DNA of 64,000 nt from Takakia lepidozioides. Its lineage: Eukaryota; Plantae; Bryophyta. A model generated the notes under the pieces. That model ran no database searches, had not been told where the DNA came from, and saw nothing but the letters and a program-made list of their open reading frames with translations. A program made the position numbers and the translations under genes. The DNA lies in assembly GCA_030704615.1 (NCBI GenBank), contig CM060731.1:68634001-68698000 (forward strand). Reading direction: 5' to 3'. This document shows positions 24,421 through 38,394 of the stretch, piece after piece. Each line of letters begins with the position of its first letter. Position 1 is the first letter of the stretch.

Positions 24421-26735
24421 TTTTTCCAGCCTACCATTATTCGTAGATTTTGCTAGGAAAGTGTCAGCATGCGTCATAGCCTAACTGTTTTCTGTCGTTT
24501 TTGTCTGTGCGTGCGTCTAGCTAGGAATACACTGCTGTCCCCTTGTCTAGAAGCTCGTGCACATGTCAAGTAGAATATGCTCTGATTTTCTTTAATCTGA
24601 GCATGCACCCAGGTGCACTGTAGACTATCCAGCATGGATACTGTGAGGGACGCCGCCGCCATTAAGAGGTTTAATGGCCAATATTTTCACCTCTGGAGCT
24701 TCCAGCTTCGTGCTCTGTTTCTTGGAAAAGACCTCTTGGGAGTCGTCGATGGTACTATACCTAAACCCCCAGAGGCGTCAGTCGCTGAGAGGATAGAGTG
24801 GTTAAAGAAAGATGGTCAGGCCATTTCTCTTCTTTGCGCCGCCTTAGACGAGTCTATTCTTGCTTTGGTTTGTGGGTGCACCTCGTCGAAGGCCATTTGG
24901 GACTACCTTAAGACCATCCACGACCAGAGAGCTAATGACAACATTCACGATCTTCAGGTGAAGTTCTATCAATGCAAGTTTGAGAGCACAGACAATATAG
25001 CATCGTTTATTAGCAAAGTAGAGGTGCTTAAGAGTCAGCTTAGCCGTCTCGGTGATCTTGCTAGCATCACCGAACCGAACGTTATAGCCAAAGTTCTTGG
25101 CAACATTCCCGACGTGTATATTCACTTTCATTCCGCCTAGGATAGTACCGCTTCAGGAGACAGAACCTTGAACAATCTCCTTATACGTCTAGTTAGAGAA
25201 GAGATGAGGCTTAAGGAGATGCAAGAACGAGAGCAGCAGAGTGCTCCGTCGGCCGCATACGTAGCTAGTTCCGGTAGTGGCAAGAACTCAAGCGCCAGTA
25301 AGGAGCGATCAACTCTCAACTACGAACAGCGCCAACAGCGCAAGCGTGAAATCGAGGAAAGGGAGAAGAACACAGAGTGTTGGAAGTGTGGTGATACTGG
25401 GCATTGAGTTCGTGAGTGCACCAACGACCCGAAAGAAGACAAGAATGAGAAAAAAGCCGCCAAACCAAGCCCTGCTGCATCAGCCGGTAAGAGTTCAGCT
25501 CCTTCTTATCGTGCGTACATGGCAACTGCTTCAGTCTTTCGTCTAAGTGGAAAGTCTTGGATAGCCGATAGCGGCTGCACGGATCATATGATGGACAAGA
25601 GATACTGGTTCTGCAAAAATCAAGATATTTCAACAGAAGGAAGGCAGGTTGAAGGGATCGGTGGCATACAACTTCTTGTGTACGGCATAGGCGACATTAA
25701 CGTCAAGACCTACAATGGAAAACAGTGGGAGTTTGCTGTTTTAAAAGACGTTATGCATGTCCCGAGAATAGGCCGCAACTTATTCTCAGTATGGAAGGCC
25801 GCGTTGCTCAACATTGATACGGTTCATTCCAAAGCCGGCTGCAAGTTGATCCAGGAAGGGGAAATCCTAATCGAGGGAGTTATGGAAGGCACCATGTACA
25901 AGTTGCGGATCGACACAATCGTACCAAGCAGAGGCACTGCAAATTTCAATATGCCACCTAGCCATTGAAGATTATAGGTTTTTATACTTCTAAAAAAAAA
26001 TAAAAAACACTCAAAATCCAAAAAACAAGATGAGCTTATGGACTTTTTTTTAAACGCCTATTTTTTTTACATATATTAGTCCATATGAGTCAAAATGACA
26101 AATGATTTTGTCACTTCAAATCCATACATATGATGTGGACCAAAATGGCCACTTTAAGTCCAAATTTTAATGGAATTCACTAATGGCACATAGGAGAACT
26201 TGAGTCCATTGTAATTCCATTCATTGTGGTAACAGTCCACAATGACGGTGTTCAAAAGTCCATAGCAGAGTCATTTCTTATCGGATTCATGATTGGAGAG
26301 TTGTTATGGGTGCGTATTGAAGCTAGGAATCCAATGACATATATATTTTCTGGTTTTAATGAGTTAATTCAAATTCAATTGATGACACCATCAATTGCAG
26401 TCATCTAAAATTGTGTCGGTAACATCCATTTTGGTCTAGTCAACCTTGCATTCACCCTTCGCTCTAATATTTGTGGCCCTATGAATGTCAAATCAGTGGG
26501 TGGAGCATCATATTTTGTGCTATTTAAAGACGACCATTCTGTTTTCAGGATCATTTTCTGCATCAAGGCGAAGTCAGAAGTTTTTGCATGTCTCAAGAAG
26601 TATGTTGCCCAACTACACAAGGACACATGAGAGACGGTGCGCATGCTACGCTTTGACAGAGGAGGAGAGTTCACGAGCAACGCACTCATCAAGTATCTGG
26701 AAGAAATCGAAGTTGAACAGGACCTGACATGTCCT

Positions 26736-27230
26736 CACTACAACAAATTGGGGGGGATTTTGCGACGCCAGCCGCGACCCCACGCTCCGCGCGGCGCTAA
26801 GCTGAGCCACGATGTTTTTTTGCGACGCCCTGACGTCGCAATCCCCCGCTGCGCACCATTGTGCCGCCCAGCCGTCGTAAGTGACATGAAGGGGGAAAGA
26901 GAGCCCTCGCTGCGACGAATTGTTTTTGTTTGCGACGCCCCGTCGTCGCAATTTACAACATCACCACAATGAGAGTTTTTTTTTTTTTTTTTTTTTTTGG
27001 CTTTGCGGCCCTCAACTTCACAAAAACGTCGTTGGGGGCGCCCCGCGCTGGGACGACCAACGCTGCTACGCCAGGGGGTAACAACGACGTCGCCATAGGA
27101 GGTCGCAATGGTGTTGTAGTCAGCTTAGGTCATCACAATGACGTCGCTTGGGGCGCCTGGTGGTGGGGGGTGGAACAACAGCGACGACGTTGGGGCTGGG
27201 CTGGGGCTGGGACTGGGACTGGGCACTAAG
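26736..27230. mobile_element. CACTA (En/Spm) terminus or small non-autonomous element nested in the Copia integrase
   Basis: Starts CACTACAACAAA with multiple ttgcgacgcc/gtcgc subterminal repeats. Near-inverted GTTGTAGT at 27113-27120. Confidence 0.7.
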
Positions 27231-28570
27231 GTCATAGAGGTTGTAACTCCCAGGCGTCACAAGATGGACCCTTTAGAAGGAACTTGAAGGAAGTCTTCAT
27301 ATGTATATATATATATATTTAGATTACTTTTGTGATACATAGATGTAGCATAGGTGTGTTGGTTAGTCTGTAGTGTCTTAGAAATGTTATAACATGGAGG
27401 TCTTAAGTTCAAGTATGCATTGCATGATATATGTAGAACAATGAACATATCGCATTGTATGGCCTGAAACAGTCGAGCAGAATGTGGAACCAAAAGTTTA
27501 ACTCATTTCTCAGGCATACGATCTAACCCAGACAAGTGCTGATGCCTGCGTTTACATCAGCAACACGTACCGATTGATACTCATCATATTCGTGGATGAT
27601 GGGCTTATATGCAGCGTACACAACGTCGGGATAGTCGACATGCTAGCCACGATGGGTGTGGCGTTCAAGATTACAACAAACAATCCAAAGATCTATGTCG
27701 GATTGCGGATAACCAGAGACAGAGCCAATAAGACTCTCCAAATCGACCAGAGCAGGTATATCTTACGGCTCCTACAGAAGTATGGATTTGATGAGTGTAA
27801 TCCTGTAGCAGTTCCATCCGACCCATGCAATACTCTGGAGTATGCCACGGCCTCTTATTCTACCGTAACTGTTTTTCCCTATAGTGGTGTTGTGGGAAGT
27901 CTCCAATTCGCATGCAGTGGTATCCGCGTTGATGTTTCCTATGCGAACAGCAAGATTGCCCAGTATGTTCAGAATCCCAAGACCCCACATGTCCCACGCA
28001 GCCAAGCGAGTTCTCAAGTATCTCAAAGGTCATCCCGACGTTCGAATTACCTTCACGGCAGGAACCGCACAGACCATCAATCAGTTGATGGCTTATAGTG
28101 ATGTTGATTATGCAAGAGACTTGGACGATCGCAAATCCAGGTCAGGCTATGTACTCATGCTAAATGGGGGGCCAGTCTCCTGGGGGAGCAAGAAGCAGGG
28201 GTGTACAACAACAAGCACAACAGAGTCCGAGTACATCGCTGCTTACGCATCAACGAAGGAGATTGTATGGTTGCGCCATTTACTGACTGATCTCGGCTGC
28301 ATCCAGGTTGCCCCCACCCTTTTACTATGCGATAACCAAGCAGCCATTCGTCTGGTTTGGAACCCAGAATTTAATAACCGCACGAAACACATCGACGTAC
28401 AATATCACAAGATTTGAGAGGAGGAACTGTTCGGCTAGAATGCGTTAGCACCGAAAACCAAGTGGCGGATATCCTGACGGAACCATTACCCCGTTTCTGC
28501 CGCCTCAAAGGTATGCTTGGCCTCACTACACCTCAAATTGAGGAAGTTGATGACACTGGCACTCCACCCC

Positions 28571-28956
28571 GAGTGGGAGTGTACAAAATATGTAGAGCCA
28601 TGGTAGCATACAGTGTAGAGTGCTTGGATTACAATGTTCCACGTTATCTAGTTAGTTAGAATCAAGCTAGGTAGCAATGAGTGTTTTGTCTTCCTGCCTT
28701 GCAGGCTGTGAACACTAGAAGCTGTAGCCAGGAGTATAAGCAACCGCCAATGTATCTACTCTAGGTTATCTGTATATTTTGTCGCCTGACAGACTAACCT
28801 CAGACTAAGTCCTTGCCTAAGGATTGTGTAAAGGATGCCAATCCCCTGATTTTCCATTAATGCAAGTCGCTGCAACATTGTGGAAAAGTGTTGTGTATGT
28901 GTCAAGCGAGTTGAATGCTTGAGCAGTGTTGGTGTGTTTCCAAGTTGCATTTAACA
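28571..28956 (+). repeat. Polypurine tract (gagtgggag) and 3' LTR (TG 28580...CA 28956)
   Basis: Direct repeat of 24047-24409, with mostly transition differences and a small duplication. Confidence 0.88.
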
Positions 28957-29604
28957 AACCATGAGACGGGACATCATAGATTAAGCGAAGAGCAATGCAA
29001 ACTAATTAGAGTCTTACATTAAGAGGGGAGCCTGGACCGGCTAGCCAAGGAGAGAGAACCCAAGAAATGACTCTGCATTGACGAGCAACTGAAGGAGAGG
29101 AAGCGTGCAGCCATTAAGGAGCTAAGCTTTGTGAAAGGAAGGTCGGCGAGACTAAAAAATCCGGCATGCGAATGTAACCACCCTGCAGAGAGAACTACCC
29201 ACCGAAGCTAAGCCTGGTGGACCGCTTGCCACCAACGTGCTTTCAGTTAATTTCCCTGTCAAACTCAAGTGAGTCATGGCAATGGGGTTGTTGCCCCCTG
29301 CCAGGACTAGATGGGAGGGCTTCTTGTCCAATAGCAGCCTGTCGACGAAGAACAGCTGCATAGGATATCGTTCTTGCCCCATGAGCGTTGGAATTTTCTG
29401 AGGAGCCCAGGTTCAGCCTCTAAATCCCTGCTGATGCTGCAATCAATTTTACCCAAGCCTTCACATGGATTGCGTTACAGCGCTGTGAGGGGTTACATGA
29501 GTCACACTACTAAGAGTCGCACTACTAAGAGTCACACTACTAAGAGTCACACTGCGAAGAGTTACACTGATGGATTGGGTGGCATTTGATGAGTGTGCGT
29601 GCAG

Positions 29605-30749
29605 GGAATCATTTGGGGACATAGCGATTTCTATGCCTTTGGCATGTTCGCCGCGCTTGGCTGAAACATTCGTGGCGTAAGATGCCCGATCCATACACTC
29701 GCAATGCTGTTTTGAAACTGCTTGGCGACGTAATGTACGGCATTAACGCCTGTGTGGGAGTCACCCCAGAAGAGTGGGTGCTGGAGTGACTGGAAGATTT
29801 GTATTATTCCTATCCGCTTGCGGGTGACTTCCTACATTACATCATAATGGAATGGGTCCCAAAACTGAGCATGTGGATCACGGGGGCTCGTAATATTCCC
29901 CATGCAAGTCAGGATACTAATGCCGCAATTGAATCTTGGCACGGAAATTTGAAGGCTTGTTTACGCTCGGGAAAGCAAAGGCTTGATGGCAGGAGAATTG
30001 ATTGGCTGATCAGCAAACTCGTGAGTCCTGTTCTAACCCACTATTGGTATAGAGATAACTTGAAATCGAAAGGCTTCAAAAGGAATGTACGGCAGGAGGA
30101 ATTTATCAGCAATGCTGTTTGGACTGCGAGGGAGATCCCTGACGTCAATGTTCATTTGCCCACTGTTCCTGGTCATCTTGCGATTGTGGATAGTGTTCAA
30201 ACGCCCGGTCGAAGCTACACAATCTATGCACCTGCAACCACCTGGGCTTGTTGCGATTGTCCATGGGCTTTGAAGGGTAACCTGTGCAAACATCAAATCT
30301 GCGTTCTTCAATTGATGAAGCCAAATCTGAAGGAAGGGCTTATTGTGAAGCTCTGTGGCACAAAGCTCGGGACCATTCATGGAGGTCTTGACATGTTGAT
30401 GAAATCGGAACTTCCAGATATTGATGCAGAGGAGGAAGTTGTGAATCTAGCAGAGCCTACGGAGTGCTCAGCATCATCCCAACGTGGTCGGCAGGAGCCG
30501 TCGGATGTTTCATCAATTGAATCTGAGATGAAGTCCCTGTCGCTTCTTGGCAATGAGATTGAAACAATGCACAAACATCTGCTTGCCGAGCTTCGTTGTG
30601 TTCGTGGGAGGCTGTCCACTTTACAAGTCAGAATCGACAAAGGTTTGTTGCACCCTCTTCAGGCAGTTCCATTCATAAAAAATGATGATGGAAACAACAT
30701 GTCCCTTGCCAGGAAAATGGATTTTGTAGACCGGTTCCATAATAAGTGA
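29605..30749 (+). pseudogene. Mutator-like (MULE) transposase C-terminal half with SWIM zinc finger; 5' part missing; one in-frame TGA (29788-29790)
   Basis: FLCLWHVRRAWLKH (CxxH), DTNAAIESWHGNLK (catalytic E), SWIM CDCPWALKGNLCKH. Confidence 0.8.
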
Positions 30750-30889
30750 CCATTGAGTCCATTGGCAATGACACTTATTTTGTGATCACCAGGTTTAATA
30801 CGAAGTACATGTCTATTCATTGGTTGTTATTCACTTTGCCATTCCATCCACATTCAACCTATGTATTAACGTAACATAGCTCTATTTAG

Positions 30890-32170
30890 TGTAGCTCGCA
30901 TCTGTGGCACTCCACACAGTGTAACACAGACGAGTGTAACCCTCTGTAGTGTAACTCATTGTGGTGTAACTCCAAGTGTAACTGCAATGTAACTATCAGT
31001 GTAACCCAGTATGTAACCCCATAGAATATTGCTGTCAGTGGTGTAACTCTGAGAATTATAAGTCGATGAATACAGTGTGACTACAGGGTCTGGGTTAGTC
31101 TGTCGGGGTTACATGACCCTTCAATACAGAGTGGGAAGACGCTGAAGTCGAGCACCTTAAGTCGCCAACACCAACCCCTGTATGTGTAACCCCTCTATGT
31201 GCAACCCCTCTATGTGTAACTCACCCTGCATGTGTAACCCATATATGTGTAACCCCTCTATGTGTAACCAATTTAGGTGTATCCCACCCTGTATGTGTAA
31301 CCCCTCTATGTGTAACCCAATTTGTGTGTAACCCACCCTGTATATGTAACCCATGGACGTGTAATCCATTAGATAATCATTCCGTTCAACCTATGTTATG
31401 GACCAGTATAGCCCTCCGGAGTGTAACTTGTTGTTGTGTAACCCCAAGAAGTATGTATCCTGACCACATGTAACCCCCACTGTTGTCACCCCATGCATGT
31501 AACCCATTGTACAATTTGGGGTGCATGTTGTAAACCCCGATGCTACATCACCCCATCTTATGTATCCCCATGACACGTAGCCCTTGTATAGGCAACCCTG
31601 CCCACTGTCACTGTGCACAGTGTAACTCAGAACTGTGTAACCCTCTTGAGTGAGTGTAACCCTCTTGAGTGAGTGTAACCCAAAGTGTTGTAACTCCAAG
31701 AAGTATGTAGCCCGACCAGATGTTACCCCCACTATTGTGACCCCATCGTATGTAACCCATTGTACATAGCCCTCATGTATGTAACCCCCTATAGTATAAC
31801 TCTGAGAACTTCAGTGCACAAAAACTCCAGTGCGGAAAAAAAAAAAAAAAAAAAAAAAACAAGTGGTGCTCCGAAGTGGCTGAAGTGCGCATAGAGTGAC
31901 TCGAGGTGGGGTTACATGCCATGAAACTATACTGTTTCAGCTACTTGACCCTGACATAGCCAGGAAGGCCCAACCATGTAACCCATAAGTGTAACCCCAC
32001 GTTGTGAGACCCGGCACGGTGTAACCCATCACTTACGTGTGAACCCACAGAGTGTAAGCCCATTGCCCCAGGGCCCCAAGGTGTACCCAAGTACTTGTCT
32101 ATGACTCCACTTCATGTAACCCAATAAGGTGTAACCCCATGTAAGCCCATTGCATGAAACCCTGTGAAGT
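30890..32170. repeat. Degenerate array of TGTAACCC-type motifs (C-rich strand on +)
   Basis: Dozens of tgtaaccc/tgtaactc motifs, often with a 15-bp period; smaller patches at 29470-29570 and 32700-32850. Confidence 0.9.
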
Positions 32171-32218
32171 GTTACGAACAAACCACATAGAAGCAAAAAA
32201 TGCATGAAGAGATGTTAT

Positions 32219-33153
32219 TTATTTCTTTGGCCATTTGACCAAGTCTTTGTCCATCTCGTCACACAGCCAACTAATCATATGAGTACAGGAAGCTATCATG
32301 GTTGACTCGTCAAACCAACTTGCAGTAAACGCCCGCCTATGACGGGTTCGATCTTCTGTGGTTTTCACATTGAACTTCCACTCCAAGTAAAATTGCACGA
32401 AACAAAGTGCATAATAGTCGCACTTCCAACAGCTCCGTTGTTGGGGGACACTGGCCTCAAACCATTCCATCCTCTCCATGACGTAACTAAAGTTATCAGA
32501 TCCAGGCATGCAATCAAAGAACGCTATGGCAAAATTTCGCAAAATTCCTTCAATGAGTTTGGGTCGGGCAATGGTTTTATGGGAGTCCAAATGTACTATC
32601 CGACCTCGGCCTCTAAAACAACAACACTCCAATGATCACTGCAACACAAACAAAGCCGTAACGTCATAATAGAAAAAAACTCTCCAATGAAACCCATTGT
32701 GGTGTAACCCTCAGTGGTGTAACCTGGTTGTGGTGTAACCCAGTAGTGTAACCCTTTGTACTGTAACTCTAAACGGTGTAATACAACTAGTCAGCAGTGC
32801 AACTCCAAACTAGTGCAACTCAGTGTAGAACAGAGGAGTGTAACCCAACATGATCAGTCAACGATCAAATTACTTACTCGAAGACAATAGGGATGACAAC
32901 CACGTCCACAAGATCTCGATTCTTTGTGAACACCATCCCTCGGGCATCCTGAGTGTACTATTCTTCCGAATAGCGTCTGCAGATCGTTACCATTGGTACG
33001 CATGACATGCCACTGGAAAGGAGCACAGATGACAAACTCAGGTGTAATAGCCTTAAACAATTTGGCCTCCAGAAGTTTGTTGTAACCCGAGAGCAATGCA
33101 TCTGTGACAGTTGCTCTTATTTTATACATCGGCTCAAAATTCGTCTCTTCCAA
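32219..33153 (-). pseudogene. Ulp1-like (peptidase C48, SUMO-protease-like) gene fragment, transposon cargo
   Basis: SDHWSVVVL (His, ~32620-32640), HLDSH (Asp), VPQQRSCWKC (Gln/Cys) in the canonical order; frameshift; intron filled with tgtaaccc repeats. Confidence 0.65.
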
Positions 33154-33740
33154 GTAAAACTGTAACGGGGCGGTGGGATCCCTCTCTCTCCCTCCCTCCT
33201 TGGAATTGGCCGGTTTTATCAGTGTTAATTTCCTGTTTTTCCATCTACAACTCTACAAAGTGGCAAAGAATTGACAGGATCAAAGCGTGAATTGTACCAA
33301 TATCAGTGTGGATATTGAGTGGCGTAGATGTATGCCAAATGTGGCAATATGTTGTTGTAGTTGAAGCTAGACAAAGGCCCAAGGATGTGGGTATGGGATT
33401 TTTTTGATATAGGGATATTACTGCAGGTTGCCAGCGATGAAATCAGTGCTAATAGTTGCACACTGGAAGATATTAGAAGTGTAGAATGGTGAAATGCCAG
33501 ACTGGGTCACTTCCCAACTTCTGGGTGCCAATGTTTTACAATCTGGAAATGAATAAATGGCCCTACTAGTGGCCAATCCACTAGTGCTTGATCACAACAG
33601 CTTATAGCATGGAGGAATTGTGAGCATATTTGAATATCAATGTTCATTGACAGTTGGTACCCAAAAAAATGTGACTACATGGGGACAGAAGAGTACATTT
33701 ATTTGGAATGACACGTAATACATGCACAAGGGTAGCATAT

Positions 33741-36700
33741 CTAATTGCCATCGACTGAATCCGTGTCTGTGAATATGGAGGTATCTGTGTCATCATCACT
33801 GACCATAGCCTCAACGTCGGTGGAGGTATTTGTGTCTTCATGACAGACTTGCTGGTCAACTGGGGGTTGTACCTCGTGTCGTCGGTATGGGGGTCGGTAC
33901 AATGAGGCCAACTGCTCTGGTGTCACTGTCTGAATTCGGTTGTGAGTTCGGCCAGTAATCAATGTCTCTTGTAGTTGTTGTGGAGCTAACAAGCCTTCAA
34001 CTCTTCTCAGATCATCAATAGAAATTGAGATATCACACACCACTCTCCGTGATTGGGGGCTCTTCTCCAATACAACTTTCCATTATCGTTCCTTCACACA
34101 CTTAGAGAAAAAGACTCGATCAACCTGTACTGGCAATACAAAAGGCTGTTTAGAGGATGGTAGCATTTTGATTGAAATTGACCAACGTGAAGCCACAATC
34201 ATCTTTCTTCATTGATCTGGGTTGACGACCCACATTTTGGGCCGTACCCACAAAAACACTACAGGCCGTGTAGTGCCATACTCAATCTGCAAAATCTCCC
34301 TGATAAGACCCACATACCGTACAGATTTCGTCTCATGCTTGAAAACTGATGAGACTCCACAATCAAAGAATGCCATACTCGATGTGTTCATGCCTGGGGA
34401 TGTAGCCCTGTAATGGTTGCCATATCCTGACATACTCTTGTATGTCAAGGCATAATATGATGGGGGTCTTGAAAGATCCAGTAATTCTTGTCGTACGCCA
34501 TCTTCAAGCACATGTTCTTGAATTCCAGATAGATGTTCCCGTACAGCATTTGGCAGCCAAGCAGCAAATGGAGGACAATCATCCATTTGTCTGGACTCCT
34601 CTTCATATTTCCTGGCACAAAATGTCGAGGCTATTTAGCCAACACAGACTAAGCATGGGGCAGTACAAAAAGATCAAATCAACAAAATATTCAGATCTGA
34701 AAGGGTGTGGACCTACTTCAACATATCATGTTCAGATCTGAAAGGGTGTGGACTTACTTCAACATATCGGATATGCTTGGATGATTTTGAATGATGTAAT
34801 CGTGTACAATAGCATGCAAGTCACCCAATTTCCGAGGTTTGCCGGCTCCTTCCAAAACTACGTCGGCCACAGATTCCTCCTCATCTGCATCCCACACCCT
34901 TTGTGCGGTTCCATCATATCCTGTCATATACTCCGTGCAAAATCCTAGAGCTTCATAAAAAATGTATCCTTGAGCCATGCTGCCCTTGGGTTTTGTCATG
35001 TTCCGGACGTACCCCTTCATTTCTTTCATTGCCCGCTCCATGGGGTATATCCAATGTGATGCCACAGGACCACATAAATCGAGCTTGTCCACTAGATGGA
35101 CAAGCAAATGTGTCATCACATCAAAGAATGATGGTGGGAACTCTTTCTCCATTAGACAGAGAGTAACAACTGTTTCATGTTTCAACTCCTCATACTCTGC
35201 AGGATTCACTACTTTTGCACACAACTTCCTAAATACACGACATACTCGCAAAATTGTAGTGCGCACACCTGTTGTCATGAGCCCACGAATAGCCAACGGT
35301 AAAATTTGGTGCATGAACACATGGTAATCATGTGATTTCATGCCAGATAGTTTTTTCTTTACCACGTGTTTTTTGAAAGCTGATGCGTATCCTGTGGGTA
35401 CTTTAAGGTTTCGCACAGTGTCTAAGAAAACTTTCAACTCAGCTTCAGTCAGAACATAAGGAGCAGGAGGCATGATTAACGTATATGCCCTGTCTGGATG
35501 TCGTTGCAACCACAATGATGGACGCAGCCCAAGTAATTCAAGATCACGCCGAACCTTCAATGTATCTTTCTCCCCAAAAATAGTCTTAATGATATTCTCT
35601 GCAAAGTTCTTCTCGCAATGCGTAGCATCAAACGTATGTCGTATGAGGAGGCCCTCCCAGTAAGGCAAGGCATATAAGATTGATAATCGGTTCACTCCGT
35701 GAGATTTGGAAGGGTCTGATGGCGTATCTGGTTTCCCCCCTGCTGCTATCCATGCAATCAGGTCAATTGCACGTTTCTTTATTTGTGTTCCCGTCTGCGT
35801 TTGTGGAGCCACTCTATGCTCAACAACACCATTGAACAATCTTGATCTTCTATACGGATAGTTGTGGGCAAGAAATCTCCGATGGCCTAGGAACACAGTC
35901 TTCGAACATGCATGTAAATGTTGTGAATCCACCTCGGGTCCACAGGCTGGACAACCAGCATAACCTTTAGTAACCTGACCCACGAGCAAGCCATATGCAG
36001 GGTAATCATGGATTGACCATAGCATCAATGCCCGTAGCAAGAATTAGCGTTGTTGGAGAGCTTGGGAAACATCGTAAGCTATGATGCCTCTCCACAATTC
36101 CTGTAGCTCCTCTACTAGGGGCATCAAATACACATCAATGTTCGCAGATGTAAAAGACTCATTTCCAGGGATAAGGAGTGCTAACATGACGAAAAACTTC
36201 TTTGTCATCAACCATGGAGGCAAGTTATAGTTGACCAACAGGATGGGCCATGTGCTCCAACTCGTGGATTGAGCACTGTATGGATTTACTCCATCTAAGG
36301 CTAATCCAAATTGTACATTTCGTGGTTCTGAAGCAAAATCCGCAAATGTGGAGTCAACGTGGGCCCAGGCTTTGCTATCAGCTGGATGTCGAACCAATCC
36401 ATCCTGACTCTTATGTCTGAAGTGCCATGTCATAAGGTGCGCGATTGATTTGCATCGATACATGCGTTTCAACCTTGGGTTGACAGGGAAATGTCGTAGT
36501 ATTTTTCTGGGTACAGTCCCACGACCAGGAATGTAACGCGATGTCTTGCACTCCGGGCAAAATTTTGCTTTTTCATTCTCCCCACGGAAGAATACATAGC
36601 CTTTCGCGCAGGCATGGATCTGGGTGTACTGCAATCCCATCTTCGCAATCATAGTTCTAGCTTCATAATTAGTTTTCGGCAGAGAATTCTGTTTCGGCAA

Positions 36701-37722
36701 AAAACTTTTGCGCAACAATCCAAGAAGCTCATCCACAAAGCCATTGGTGCACTTGTGGGTGGTGCACAAGTTGAGCAAGTGCAAAGTAGCTTCAAATCGG
36801 CTGATCGAGCTCCCTTCGTAGAGTTTACACTGAGATTGTCGAAATAGCGTATCGTAGTTGGGGTCAACTCCGTGACTCAGGTTTGGGCCATTCTTTGCAT
36901 TCTCTGCATTGTCCATGGATTCTTCCTCGTTGGGGCTGTCTTCGGCCCGAGTTCCACCATTAATCGGATCCTCCCTGTTTGCATCCGCAAACTCAAAAGC
37001 TTCCTGCAATGCTCGTTGAATTTCTGCCTCCACACCACCTTCATGATCCGTATTGTTCTCCCTTTCATTAGGCCCTTGCCCAAACTCAGCCCGATCCTCC
37101 TCGTCATCAGAATCAGCATGTCCCTGCATCCTGTGTTTCCCACGGTTCATTCACAGTATATGTAGATTATGACATGTGGGCAAATGTAGTCACGGCTATC
37201 ACTACATCACTTCGATTTGAGCAGCAACATTGTGACACATGGCAGATAGTTCTAGTGACGTAGTCATGTTCCTATATGTGTTATGACTACATGACTACAA
37301 GTAACCAACGACATATCGACATGTGTATAAAGGGCAGTCATAGACACAACTACATGACTACAACTCGCTAATCAACTTTCGACATGTGGAGTGGTGAAGT
37401 CATGGCTACTACTACCACACCAAAATGGTTTCAAAATTCAAACTTGGAGATTGCTAAGTCCTGAAGGACAGTGTACTTCCTGTGGATGTACCGGAATAGT
37501 ACAGCTGCGCAAAGTTGGATCCCTCTTATGTTTGAGGTAGTGCTTCTTCACTGTCTCCAACAACTGCCATTTGGATCCATGACATTCAGTGCAATTGCAA
37601 AGCATTTTCTTGTTCCCATTTGATATGGCGTACGCCTCCTTGAGTTGCCATAGTCTGTCATCTCGTAATCGCATGCGTGGCTCATATGCACCATGACGGC
37701 CGAACAGACGTTGAACGTTCAT
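33741..37722 (-). mobile_element. CACTA/En-Spm Tnp2-type transposase gene (transposase-associated Zn domain, Transposase_21, DUF4218, DUF4216), one in-frame stop at 36044-36046 in the core and further lesions at the 3' end
   Basis: LCNCTEC..H (37.5 kb); HPADSKAW, LALDGVNPY, NYNLPPWL, IHDYPAYG, DATHCEKN, MKSHDYH, FPPSFFDVMTHL, YPMER; YVGLIREI and QPFVLPVQV. Confidence 0.92.
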
Positions 37723-38394
37723 AGCTCGTAATATGCAATGCCCTGTAGAGTCTTTGCAACTTTGTGTCCTCAGTGCTGTCTCTACAATATATCTACCTCT
37801 TGCGGTGTGTGCTAGTGAGCTGCATGATCATTCATGGTGAAGTCGAAGGTTGTCATTGCTCCTCTCACTGAGTACGAGAAGCTATGTGAGGCTAACATTG
37901 CCATCGTGAAGGATGCCACGACGAAGTTGAAGCAGGACTTCGAAAGGTAAGGATCGAACAGTTCAGTGACCCAATCCTTTGACAATGCATGCATGGCTAA
38001 CAGTGTGATCTCTTCCCATTTGCACAGTAGATGAGGTGTGATCGAGAGGCGGCGCTGTTGGTGTGAATGTAGAAAAGGCTTGAAAAGTGCAAGTTGAGTG
38101 TAGTTTAGGGTATAGGAGTGCATTCATAGCAGTAGGCGGGAGTGAGCCGCATTTGACGGGCAGCCATTGGGACAGCGGTAAGGCACTTCATCGTTTTCCA
38201 GCTCCTTTATGAACATTAGGGTATGAGCTGCATTTGTCTTGTGTTAGTCGTTTAAGAGGGGAGATAGTCAAGTAAGCTGTGGGCTGCATTTGGAAGTATT
38301 TTGCAGGATTACGGGTGTGAAACCACGTCGGAAGGCACGGTCTCGTGGAGCTCCTATCAAAGGTCCGGCAAGACGAAGTGCCCGACTCGTCACC

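Larger units (their letters stand above)
24047..28956 (+). mobile_element. Ty1/Copia LTR retrotransposon, decayed (gag-PR-INT-RT-RH), with two internal insertions
   Basis: gag RFNGQYFHLWSFQL and zinc knuckle CWKCGDTGH*VREC; protease WIADSGCTDHM; integrase ICGPMNVKSVGGASYF and RFDRGGEF; RT IIFVDDGL; RNase H YSDVDYA..DRKSRSG, CDNQAAI, RTKHIDV; paired LTRs. Confidence 0.95.

Noticed and set aside
29505-29570. CACTAC-starting 15-bp tandem repeats as a CACTA terminus
   Set aside because: These are tandem variants of the GTTACAC motif family just upstream of a splice acceptor; no partner TAGTG end was found.
34690-34768. 41-bp tandem duplication at a Tnp2 exon end
   Set aside because: Real but a trivial local duplication of the splice-donor region.
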